A DNA stretch of 33,055 bases from a virus. Lineage: Duplodnaviria; Caudoviricetes. The stretch spans positions 1 through 33,055 of IMG/VR virus record IMGVR_UViG_3300044228_003889; one strand, 5' to 3'. The position numbers and the translations under genes are program-made. Positions 10,001-19,100 of the stretch are shown here, piece by piece; positions within the stretch are counted from its first letter, which is position 1; every line of letters begins with the position of its first letter. The notes under the pieces were generated by a model that worked only from the letters and a program-made list of their open reading frames with translations, was not told where the DNA came from and ran no database searches.

Positions 10001-13000
10001 GTTGAATCTAAATTTAATGATAAATTTAAAGTCGTAGGAATTAGTTCTGACACATTTAAATTTAATGCCACTGGTATTGCTGAAACCACTTCCTACACTT
10101 CTACAGGCCTTTCAACATCATTCTATTCAACATCATCAATTAATGAAATTGGAGGAATACATTCTGTAAATGTTTTAAATAAAGGATTTAATGTTAGAAA
10201 ATTACCACTAATAACCTCAATAGGAACAACTGATGGTTTAAATTCTGTTTTAACTGTAGAAGCAGATGATATCGGAAAAATAGAAAGTACTCAAGTTATT
10301 AATCAAGGTTTAGAATTTTCTCCTGATAACACTTTAAAACCAAAAGCAGATAGTAATGTGCTTCTAAAATTAAAAAATGTATTAACTTTAGATAGTATTG
10401 GAATTACTTCAGGTGGAGTTAATTATACAAATCCACCAAGCGTATTAGTGATTGGAAAACCAAATATACTTGCACAAACAACTATAAGTGGAACTTCAGT
10501 TAATAGTGTTAAAATTTTAACAAATGACAGTGGATTATCTGAGGACGTTAGAATTATTCCAATTACAAATTCAAATGGAGTTGTTGTAACTGGTGCTGAT
10601 ACAGATGCTCTTGGAACCGTAACTCTATCATTAAGGGCACCAAATCCAGAGTCTGGTTCTGAAAGTGGATTCTATAATTCAGGTGGTGATTTTCCATTCG
10701 CAGTAAATGATGAAATATTTGTTGAAAATATTAAAACTACGGATAATCCGAATGGTGGATATAATTCAAGTGATTATAATTACACCTATTTTAAAGTAAC
10801 TGGAATCGGAACTACAGGTGGTGGAGAAACAGTTAGTTATTCATTAGTTGGCCTTGGATCAACTGGTGGAACATATCAGGAAGATAATAATTTTGGTAGA
10901 GTTATAAAAAAAGATAACTTAGCGGTGTTTAAAGCAATTTTCAAAGAAACAGTATTTAGTGATGATGAAATAGTTAGAGTAGACGGTAAAAATGTTTCGG
11001 GAATAGTGGCTAGAAATGGTTGGGATCCAATTTCAGAAACTTTAAAAGTATTCAGCACTAATGGTGATTTTTCACCAAATGATAAGATAGTAGGATCTAT
11101 AAGCAATAATAAAGGAACTGTAACGGAACAATTTAAATTTGATTTTGATTTGGATGTGGATAGTTTGGCTAATATTAATAATAGTTGGAAAACAAATATT
11201 GGAAAATTAAATTCTGACATCCAAAAACTTCATGACAATCATTATTATCAAAGATTTTCTTATTCAATTAAAGGAGAAGTTCCATATAACACATGGAAAG
11301 ATGCTGTTAATAGTTTAGATCATGTTGCAGGATTTAAAAACTTTTCTAATTTAGGTATTAGTACAGTAGGAATACAAACTATAAAATCAGATTCTGAAGT
11401 TGTTTTAAATGTAGACGTTGATCAAGAAGCGTCAGTGAATGAGAGATATTATTATGATATGGCTTCTGAGGATACTAATGATCCAGAATTATCAAAATTG
11501 ATTGTATTAAAATCTAAAATTATAACTGACTATAACGAATCAAGAACAAATAAAGTACTTTTAATAGATGATATAAGTTCACAATTTACTGGAATTGTAA
11601 CATCAATTGGTGGTGGTGTAATTGGTACAACTAGTTTTAATGTCTTTGCAGATGGAAATTCATTATTTCATAGAGAATTTAATCCATCCACGGGAGTATC
11701 AACTGTAACACACAAAATAAATCTTCCAAAACATAATTTTAATACTGGTGAAGAGTTAGTATATAAACCACACACTGGACAATCTCCCATTGGAATTGCA
11801 AATACATCTGATGTTAACGCTGGTGTGGCTGCAACAACATTATTACCATCAACTGTTTTTGTAATAAGAGAAGATCCAGATATTATTAAAGTTGCAATTT
11901 CTGCTACTTTTGCATCTGCTGGAATCGCAGTATCATTTACTAACGTAGTTGGAATAGCAAATACTAACATTCTTTCAGTTCCCTCAGAAAATGCCACTAT
12001 CCGATCCTTAATAACTGTTGATAATATAATTCAAAGTCCCATTGGCATTACAACTGCCATATCTGTAGGATTAACTACTGAAGTGGGTATATCAACCACA
12101 ATTCTATTTTTGAATGACACTTCAGAAATTTCAGGTAAGTCATTATTAAAAATAGAAGATGAAATAATTAAAGTGTCTATTGTTGGTCTTGGAACAACTA
12201 CTCTAAACGTTGAAAGAGGTCAAATGGGAACTGTTGCAGTAGCACATACAGTGGGTGCAGCAGTGACAGTGGTTAAAGGTGATTACAGAATAAATGAAGG
12301 AAGAATATATTTTTCTGAAGCACCTTATGGGCCAGCTGGGATTGGTACTCTTACGACTAAATCTACATTTAGTGGTAGAGCATACTACAGGTTAACTTAT
12401 GATACTAATAAAATTATTGATGATATATCAGATAGATTTGATGGATCTACCGATCAATTTAAGATGACAACAAATGGAAATGAATTGTTAGGAATTTCTA
12501 GTAGTTTTGGTGCAGTATTAATCAATAATATATTCCAAAAACCTTTTTTTGGAGATGTCGGTGACATTAACAAATCTGATTATCAAATAATTGGAGCAGG
12601 AAGTTCGATTGATTTTACAGGAACATCAGCAAATAAAGATTTACCTAGAGGAGGAATTATTAATGAATTTGATGTAGGAATTGGCTCTGGATATCAAGTT
12701 CCCAAAAAAGCAATACTAACTGCTGTGGTTTCAGCAGGTGGAACAATACAATCTGTAGGAATAGCTAGTGGTGGTGCTGGTTACTTGTCCAATCCTTTGG
12801 TCTCAGTGAGTTCTACAACTGGAGTTGGTGCTGCAATATCCGCATTTGTAACTGCTGGCATAGTTACATCTGTCACAATTACAAATCCTGGTTCAGGTTA
12901 TGCACAAGGTGGAATTTCAACTGGAATAAATTTTGTAACAACTGAACTTCCAAGTCCTTATAAAAATATTCCATTGTCTGGTGGAAATGGATCTGGTGCA

Positions 13001-14506
13001 ACGATGGATGTGGTTGTTGGGACTGGTGGAAGTATACTATCATTTGACATAGCAGATCGTGGTGTAGGTTATGAAATAGGAGATAATTTGCAGTTAACTA
13101 CACTACCATTCCAAGTAGGAATTGGAACAAGTGCGTTTAATATAACTGTAAAAAATAAATTCCAAGATAAATTCGCAGGATGGTGTTTTGGCCAATTATT
13201 AGAACTTGATGATTTTAGTATTCAGTTTAATGGATCTAGAAAATCATTTTTAATAACTCGTACAATTAAAGATAAAGAATACTATAGTATAGTTGCTCAA
13301 GAAGGATCAGGAATTATTCTACAAAATAATCTCTTGATATTCATTAATGATATTTTACAGAGACCAGGTCTTGATTATGAATTTGAAGGTGGAACTAGAA
13401 TAACATTTAAAGAACCACCAAAACCAGGTAGTTTATTTAAAATGTATTTTTATACTGGTTCTACGTCCGACTTTGTTGAGGTAGATGTTGACGAAACAAT
13501 AAAACCAGGTGACGAATTAAGATTACACTATTTTAATCAAAGTAATGTAAATTCTAGTATTTCTTCTGGAATTAGAACTGAATCCGTAATCACATTAGAA
13601 AAAAAATCTGAGCAAGATAATAGAGTGGTTTATGAATTAATAGCAGCAGATACAGTGGAAACCACAACATATTCTGGAGTTGGTATATCTACTAATGCTG
13701 ATTTTGCTCGACCAATGATGTGGAGAAAACAAACACAAGATTTAATAATAGATGGAGTAAGCATATCAAAAGAGAGAAATTACTTAGAACCTGATATAGT
13801 ACCAACAAGTGGAATAATTAAATCGATTTCACCAACTGATAGTAAAATTTATGTCAAAGACTCTTGGATGTTTAAAAAAGTTGATGACTTAGGACAAACT
13901 CTGAATAATATAAACATAGTTGGTTTGGGAACAACTGCTGTTGTTGAGACAATCGAGAAAGTCACATATGAAGGTGATTATGGAGTTGTCGTTGGAATTG
14001 GAACTAGTCTTGTAGGTATTAATACAACTGGGCCTGCACTATTCTTTGAAATTGTACCACATGAAAACATATATGATCCAGACGGTATACCAAATGGTTC
14101 TGAACAGGATAAAAGATCCAAATCTGGTATTTCTACTGGTGATTATTTTGTAATTGAAAATACATTTATAGGAAATGGAATTACTGGAATAAAAACTACA
14201 TCTTCAGGCCCAGAAACTGTAGGTGTTGGAAATAGTTTCTTAAATAATGTTTATTTTGCTGAAGATTATGTTTCTGTTGGATCTTCTATGATAAGAGTTT
14301 TCGCAAATGTTAATTCGATTGCAGGTATAGATACAACAACACTAACAACTAAAGTTAAATATGGAACTTATAGTTGGGGTTCAATTAATGTATCTAGAAG
14401 TGCTAATTCAAAATCATTTACTTTCCACAATCAAAATGGAGTTGTTGGAATTGAGACCTCAGCTCAAGTGATAAGAACTATACCAATCAAAACTTCTTAT
14501 ACATAA
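4013..14506 (+). CDS. gp7: Giant baseplate wedge initiator, gp7-like (3497 aa), multi-repeat
   Basis: Lies between gp6 and gp8. N-terminal QIPDFI...F..FL..YYE, RDFYSSKGT..S...LF..LYG and LHDNHYYQRFSYSIK...W...V..L.H.AG match gp7-like cyanophage proteins. Confidence 0.8.
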   Translation: MSDKKVKISNILGSQIPDFIQADNPLFKEFLTQYYESEEREYGTTYLADHISSLKKIPTVADISLVKKQTVNVPGTASPESPVLISSFLYAYDDVINVNQTTGFPDKYGLLKIDNEIITYTGKTATSFTGCIRGFSGISEIETVSNPEFLTFSDTNADAHDENSTVTNLSFLFVTEFYKKFRKHFLPGLEGRDFSYGINVENILSRARDFYSSKGTDTSLQILFQVLYGKQIDVIKPFDQTIMPSEAEYDVSDNIIVEVLFGNPLNLVGVKIYQDSFTNPTASGAVSNVNTKFLGNKKYYEISFSKGTIIDKLKVSTKTKVIGAASTTEVLTVDSTIGFGETGNFYYPNEDNIYTLAEYTSKSSNQFFGCTGVSRLLTESESIIDTNFVYGYENNDLTKICTMRIVGTISGASDNKDSTKYFDFDDLIRVKHLGEKYDVSDKKFNTWFYNNISYVDALGHVADGDTINDSAADRTFTTSTEHFLKIGDRVDIFFKESGVKFRENSEVSVVNNEKQIQIDGGIINTKIISGDYVIKKRLNYTSSNFGITNLLSNIQNSFSDKDKNTYVSFSGYPSFDTQTTNRSHVFQSSAINANTITINDHNFINGEKVYLSLSLDSGLSEGSSGYYYVNVINNNNFKLSTSYPNLYNSVFETITWSGVGSGEHTITPASLYIGQKLSNQNNLRRIYKNPQVSKNNSRIIGAIGISLNGVEYHSPISNESVYYGQIDELQVTNSGENFDVINPPTLLITDKNGTNCETIVNFSGQPTKVILNKSGFDYLNTPSVRIVGGNGTGAVCKAKMRGFNYSRSYTDFNVDLTTNRITGEHRFSDGEEVRYIATGTPIGITTGVNVGFNTDRLTSGTSYFIAKYDNNSFGLAINEDRALTKTNLLDLFDFGNQVHTFESQKVRNIIDRIEITNTGSSYDNHRVEIPSQLYPPINLKDVFKTFVGINTFNDYVYAKNHNFKNGDIVDYICSGTVISGLSTSIPYQITVIDNDKFKLSSAGTATTISNTNYERKIYEKLSSIGVGTHTFKYPNIRVEINGQISAGTTSTIPDYYKASADVEVRGGLKNIFVKNGGVGYGVTNIVNYLKKPKISLLTGKNAFLTPNVVNGKVESVSIGNGGSEYTSPPILEVVEVGKAIGTIGAVAELKAVVSDGKITDVKIIKKGSKYNPNNTIIRITPSGSKSIITTKIHEWKINAVERYDHVLTENNSQFVQINSESLDYNNKICSFYPVKKYRRLLRDNIDSNLIEFVDDHSKIVGWAYDGNPIYGPVGVNTSGITTYMQSSYQLDIIADSGLRPSTYQNGYFIQDYVYKGNGDLDEFNGKFLINSDFPEGTYAYFSTLNNTSKNPSFPYISFQHRNATDNFNYNLNSKQIDKVINSGEYKRNVTHLGLNDEFRRYPVLNDSLESKALVKIDGVKDSRITKVSVDGSGTGYKVNDRIIFNDPSITSSVDQVIGKKIVSVGTTNTIINNLIFSVLDDQVTGFSTIPHGLSAGDIVEISGISSTLYKNIEGVQTIGVTTTTASLSQAIGNAATTGITTFISLSSPTLNRKFEVDDVFQIGSEQFLVIDHDDVNNKYRVRRGYNSSGNTTHSAGTIVNKLETKFTYPISKKVENINVQFPKIEYFEGTSSIGIGTSVSNVIVGQVGITSIYKSIPAKAIYLPNHKFQNGDEVKLISIGSTINATRNADLSNPFDLSSFDKLFCTRFNSEFIGLATEKTGIGTLGISTTSQNVFFKEVLTTGGDDNKLELLTNNVFGSLRKVNGTVTVATSATTGQHHALSVGDEFELHLTTNKTQTFNLKYNESIQKLVVNPLSFIDSAIGIGTTMSTITINDHDFQTGDLVVYNSTTPADPLVNDGVYYVIKESRDTIRLAENAYDLSIFPYNYIGIGTTGGTNHEISKINPKLSFYKNNTVELVTTDSSLDDFSIEFYEDKNLKSKYNSNLITKTSDKITISVTDLLAQEFFYKIEGKKTNLHKTLSFPVDERVPNHSQIVLVESKFNDKFKVVGISSDTFKFNATGIAETTSYTSTGLSTSFYSTSSINEIGGIHSVNVLNKGFNVRKLPLITSIGTTDGLNSVLTVEADDIGKIESTQVINQGLEFSPDNTLKPKADSNVLLKLKNVLTLDSIGITSGGVNYTNPPSVLVIGKPNILAQTTISGTSVNSVKILTNDSGLSEDVRIIPITNSNGVVVTGADTDALGTVTLSLRAPNPESGSESGFYNSGGDFPFAVNDEIFVENIKTTDNPNGGYNSSDYNYTYFKVTGIGTTGGGETVSYSLVGLGSTGGTYQEDNNFGRVIKKDNLAVFKAIFKETVFSDDEIVRVDGKNVSGIVARNGWDPISETLKVFSTNGDFSPNDKIVGSISNNKGTVTEQFKFDFDLDVDSLANINNSWKTNIGKLNSDIQKLHDNHYYQRFSYSIKGEVPYNTWKDAVNSLDHVAGFKNFSNLGISTVGIQTIKSDSEVVLNVDVDQEASVNERYYYDMASEDTNDPELSKLIVLKSKIITDYNESRTNKVLLIDDISSQFTGIVTSIGGGVIGTTSFNVFADGNSLFHREFNPSTGVSTVTHKINLPKHNFNTGEELVYKPHTGQSPIGIANTSDVNAGVAATTLLPSTVFVIREDPDIIKVAISATFASAGIAVSFTNVVGIANTNILSVPSENATIRSLITVDNIIQSPIGITTAISVGLTTEVGISTTILFLNDTSEISGKSLLKIEDEIIKVSIVGLGTTTLNVERGQMGTVAVAHTVGAAVTVVKGDYRINEGRIYFSEAPYGPAGIGTLTTKSTFSGRAYYRLTYDTNKIIDDISDRFDGSTDQFKMTTNGNELLGISSSFGAVLINNIFQKPFFGDVGDINKSDYQIIGAGSSIDFTGTSANKDLPRGGIINEFDVGIGSGYQVPKKAILTAVVSAGGTIQSVGIASGGAGYLSNPLVSVSSTTGVGAAISAFVTAGIVTSVTITNPGSGYAQGGISTGINFVTTELPSPYKNIPLSGGNGSGATMDVVVGTGGSILSFDIADRGVGYEIGDNLQLTTLPFQVGIGTSAFNITVKNKFQDKFAGWCFGQLLELDDFSIQFNGSRKSFLITRTIKDKEYYSIVAQEGSGIILQNNLLIFINDILQRPGLDYEFEGGTRITFKEPPKPGSLFKMYFYTGSTSDFVEVDVDETIKPGDELRLHYFNQSNVNSSISSGIRTESVITLEKKSEQDNRVVYELIAADTVETTTYSGVGISTNADFARPMMWRKQTQDLIIDGVSISKERNYLEPDIVPTSGIIKSISPTDSKIYVKDSWMFKKVDDLGQTLNNINIVGLGTTAVVETIEKVTYEGDYGVVVGIGTSLVGINTTGPALFFEIVPHENIYDPDGIPNGSEQDKRSKSGISTGDYFVIENTFIGNGITGIKTTSSGPETVGVGNSFLNNVYFAEDYVSVGSSMIRVFANVNSIAGIDTTTLTTKVKYGTYSWGSINVSRSANSKSFTFHNQNGVVGIETSAQVIRTIPIKTSYT

Positions 14507-14510
14507 CAGG

Positions 14511-14518
14511 TATAAATA
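14511..14518 (+). promoter_or_regulatory. T4-type late promoter TATAAATA
   Basis: Exact gp55-dependent consensus in the gp7-gp8 spacer. Confidence 0.8.
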
Positions 14519-14537
14519 ATCAAAAATGTAAGTATCA

Positions 14538-16175
14538 ATGCCCGCAATAATCACTGACCAATATCGTATATTAAACGCAGAAACTTTTATAGACAGTTTT
14601 GTAGGTATTGGCACGACTGGAAATAACAACTATTATACTTTTTTAGCACATCCAAATCCTAAGAATGTCGGAGTTAAAAATTATGGATTTGCAGACTGGG
14701 GAAGTCCTGTTCCAAATCCTGTAGATTCATTTTCTCAAGAAAGTTTTTATTATGACAGTATGCTTTTCTTAAAAAAAGTGACTTCAGATGATGTTAGAAG
14801 AGTTATACCTAGATTAAATTGGCAAACAGGAACGATATATGACATGTATAGAAATAATTATTCTGGAAAGAATGATTATATTGATCAAAATTTAACACCT
14901 CAAACTAAATCAACAAGTTTATATTCATCAAATTACTATGTGGTAACATCAGAATTTAAAGTATATCTTTGTATTAATAATGGATCAGACCCAGATAATC
15001 CAGACGGAAAAAAATCAATAGCTGAACCAACTCATACAAATACTGCACCTCAAGATGCTGGAGATGGGTCAGATGGGTATAAGTGGAAATACTTGTATAG
15101 TATATCACCATCAGATATTGTCAAATTTGTAACAGAAAAATATGTGCCTCTTCCTAAAAAATGGGGAGATACAACTAATGAAAATATCAAAAATGCAGCT
15201 GTAGACGGAGAAATTCAAACTGTAATAATTAAAAATGGTGGAACTGGTATTTCTGTAGGAACTACCGATTCTGGAACAGTTTCTCAAATACCAATTAGTG
15301 GAGATGGAACTGGTGGATCTGCAACTGTTGATATTCAAGGGGGAACAGTACAGTCAATATCAATTGTTGGTGGATCTAATTATACTTACGGACACGTTAG
15401 ATTTATAACAGGTGATTACACTGATGGTGCTGGAAATAATGTTGTTCTTGGAGTTCCTGCTTCAAGTGTAGATCAACCAAAATTTGAAGTTGTAATACCA
15501 CCAAAAGGAGGTCATGGTGCTGATATATATCGTGAATTGGGTGGATTCAGAGTTATGTTATATTCAAAATTTGATAATAACGTTGATGATTCTCCAGATT
15601 ATGCTGTTGGTGTTGACTTTTCTCGTGTCGGTATAGTTAAAAATCCTCTTGAAAAGAATGGAACCACCCTTCTAAATAGTACGACTGCCACAAATCTTAA
15701 GGCTTTAGCATTAACTTCCAATGGTGTAGCTGGAGTAACTACAACTTCTGCAGTTACTTATTCAGTCGATAGTTTAATTAAACAAACAATTTCGACTGCG
15801 GGAATTGGATCTACAGCTGTAGGATATGTTGCTTCTTGGAATCCAGACACTGGCATTTTAAAATACTATCAACCAGTTGGTTTTTCAACACTATCGGCTT
15901 ATTCATACAAACAACTTGATTTTGTTGGAACAAGCACTGCTCCGATAGTTAATGCTGGTACCTCAGGAAATTTAAAGATAGATAGTTCTTTTAACAATGA
16001 TTCAATTCAGATTGCAAGTGGAACAAAAATTTCTTTAGGTCAAACATTTGTTTCTGGAAAAGCAAATGCAGATGTTAAAAAATACTCTGGTGAAATAATC
16101 TATATTGATAATAGATCACCAGTAACAAGATCATCTTCACAAAAAGAAGAAGTCAAAATAGTCATAGAGTTCTAA
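14538..16175 (+). CDS. gp8: Baseplate wedge subunit gp8
   Basis: AIITDQ.R..NA..F, W..G..YDMYR, VY.CI.N, DGYKWKYLY, C-terminal KYSGEIIYIDNR.P..R...Q.E..K..IEF. Confidence 0.92.
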   Translation: MPAIITDQYRILNAETFIDSFVGIGTTGNNNYYTFLAHPNPKNVGVKNYGFADWGSPVPNPVDSFSQESFYYDSMLFLKKVTSDDVRRVIPRLNWQTGTIYDMYRNNYSGKNDYIDQNLTPQTKSTSLYSSNYYVVTSEFKVYLCINNGSDPDNPDGKKSIAEPTHTNTAPQDAGDGSDGYKWKYLYSISPSDIVKFVTEKYVPLPKKWGDTTNENIKNAAVDGEIQTVIIKNGGTGISVGTTDSGTVSQIPISGDGTGGSATVDIQGGTVQSISIVGGSNYTYGHVRFITGDYTDGAGNNVVLGVPASSVDQPKFEVVIPPKGGHGADIYRELGGFRVMLYSKFDNNVDDSPDYAVGVDFSRVGIVKNPLEKNGTTLLNSTTATNLKALALTSNGVAGVTTTSAVTYSVDSLIKQTISTAGIGSTAVGYVASWNPDTGILKYYQPVGFSTLSAYSYKQLDFVGTSTAPIVNAGTSGNLKIDSSFNNDSIQIASGTKISLGQTFVSGKANADVKKYSGEIIYIDNRSPVTRSSSQKEEVKIVIEF

Positions 16176-16179
16176 AAAG

Positions 16180-19100
16180 ATGCCACAAAATACTAATTTA
16201 AACGTTTCTCCTTACTTCGATGATTTTGTTGATAGTAAAAACTATCAAAAAGTTCTATTTAAACCAGGATTTCCAGTTCAAGCAAGAGAATTAACTACAC
16301 TACAGTCAATTCTTCAAAATCAGATTGAAAAATTTGGACAACACTTCTTTAAAGAAGGTTCAATGATAATTCCTGGTGGAACTTCTTATGATTCTGAGTA
16401 CCATGCAGTAAAAATAGATCCAAATTTTTTAAATATTCCAGTTAGTAGTTACACAAAAGTTTTAGTAGATAATAATATAAAGATAAAGGGAGAGACATCT
16501 GGTGTTGAAGCTACTGTAGTTAATAGAATACTATCTTCAGAATCAATTGATGGGTTTGATACTTTATACGTAAAGTATACAAAATCAGGAACAGATGGGG
16601 AAACTAAAGTTTTTCTAGATGGAGAAAATTTAATAACACTTTCAGATATAAGTTATCTCAATACAAGTATTACAGCAAATGGTCAATTTGCAAGGACTAT
16701 TGTATCTAATTCAACATCTATTGGATCTGCATTTTCTGTGAGTGAAGGTGTTTATTTTATTCGTGGATTTTTTGTAAAAAATGTCTCCTCAACAGTCATA
16801 TTAGATCAATATGCAAATACTCCTAGTTATAGAGTTGGATTTTTATTAAAAGAAGAAACATTAGGGCCTTCATCTGTTAATTCTGATTTGTATGATAACG
16901 CAAAAGGATTTTCAAATGAGGCTGCACCTGGAGCAGATAGATTTAAATTATCAGTAGTTTTACATAGAAAACTTTTAACAGATACGAATGATAGTGATTT
17001 TGTTGAATTGTTAAGAGTAGAAAATGGTGTAGTAAAGGAAATAGTAACTAAAACTGATTATAATATTTTTGCAGATGAATTAGCAAGACGAACATATGAT
17101 GAATCTGGAGATTATTATATCAAACCTTTTTCTATTGATGTTAGAGAATCTTTAAATGACAGAATTGGTAATAGAGGAATATATTTTGATACTCAACAGA
17201 CTCAAAATGGAAATGCACCAGCAGACGATATAATCAGTTTACAAGTTTCTTCAGGAAAGGCATATGTCAGAGGTTACGAGATAGATAAAATATCCACAAC
17301 ATCGATTGATGTTTTAAAACCAAGAACAACTAAATTGGTTGAAAATCAGAGTGTTCCAATAAGAATGGGTAAATCTGTAGAAATTACTAATGTAGTTGGT
17401 TCACCAGAAATTGATTTTTCAAATAATACTACTAAACAAGTTTCTTTTTTACGTAATCGATTAACTAATCTAAAAGCTGCTCAAGTTGGAGCATTTGATG
17501 TAGATGATAGAGTAGGAACTGCAAAAGTTTATGATTATAAACAAAAAACTACATCAGGAATAGCAGTTACGACTTATAATTTATCACTTTACGATGTTCA
17601 ACTTTATACACGTCTTACTATTTCAAAAAATATTGACGCTAGTTATGGTTCTTATACTCGTGTAGAGGGGAAGTATAGTGGTGCAGTTGGATATTCAGTA
17701 TCTACAATAACTAATACAACTGTAATTGTTCTTACTGATGTTACAGGTCAATTTCAACTTAATGAACCATTAATTATTAATGGTATTACTGAAGGTAATA
17801 GTGTAACTGCAATAGAGGATAATACTTTTGAGGACATTAAAGCAGTTCATAGTTTTGATGGATTAGGAGCTGGTAGTACGACATTTGCTGCAAATACAGT
17901 TTTAAGCACCACAAAAAAAGCATTTCCTGAAAGTATTGAATTTACTATAAGTGGTGGTAACACGCTAAAGTCTCCTCAAATCGCTGATTTTAGAAGTCAA
18001 ATAAAGGTTGGTGATATCATCATATATGGAACAGCAGGTGAAACTGATCCTACATTTAACAAAGTAACATCAGTTGTACAAAATCAAGTAGGTCTTGCAG
18101 CAGTTGCAGATGTAACTGATGTCTGTGATGGTAGTGTAAACAATGGCACAATATCTGGTTTGAATGTTGTAATTCCAACTTTAAATGAAACAGATGATCC
18201 TGGTTTTAGAGTTAAATTGGCAGACAAATATATCTCATCAATGAATGTTTTAGATAGTTCTTACATTATTAGAAAAAAAATAAGTAAAACTTTTACTGAC
18301 AATTCAGTTCAATTTAATATTAGTGACATTACAACTGGTGACACTTCCAATCTTTTCTTTGAACCTTTTAGTACATCAAACTATGTATTAGAACTTGATA
18401 ATACTGTTGAAAAACTATTAGATCCGATGGTAAGTGTTGATTCAGGATTAAAGCAAGTTACAATTTCTGGTTTGTCTGGGCCTGCTACTAGTAGAACTGC
18501 AAAACTTATAGTGGCAGTCAGAAGAAGTAAATTAGCATCAAAAGAAAAATCACTCACAAGATGTAGTAATTTAATTGTAGATAGATCAGAATCAGTTGGC
18601 TCTGGAACAACTATTGATGGATTAACTACAAGTACAGTTTATGGAACAAGAGTTCAAGATAAGGAATTATCATTAGACGTTCCAGAAGTAACTCGTGTTT
18701 TAGCAGTTCTTGAATCAAATGATAACAACTCTCCAGATTTACCATTAATTGGTGTTACAAATCAGAGTGATACCTTTACTGATAATGTCGTCGTTGGTGA
18801 GCAGTTTATTGGAGGGACATCAGGTGCAGTTGCTCGTGTAGTGGTGGTACAAGCAACTCAGTTGTCTTTTGTTTATGAAAACGAAAATACATTCGAAATA
18901 GGAGAAAACATCTCTCTGAAGACCTCTGGAATCTTTGCTACAATAACTGGAATAACACCTGGTGATAGAAATATACTTAAAAATTATGATCTAGATAATG
19001 GTCAGAGAGAAGAATTTTGTGATTATTCGAGACTCATGAGAAAGGTTGATTCAGAAAAACCAACTCGTAGACTAAGAATTATATTCGACCACCTTGTTAA

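Noticed and set aside
4013-14506. gp7 as an assembly chimera or stop-codon readthrough/recoding product
   Set aside because: Single open frame in the standard code with consistent composition; neighbouring genes end at normal TAA/TGA/TAG
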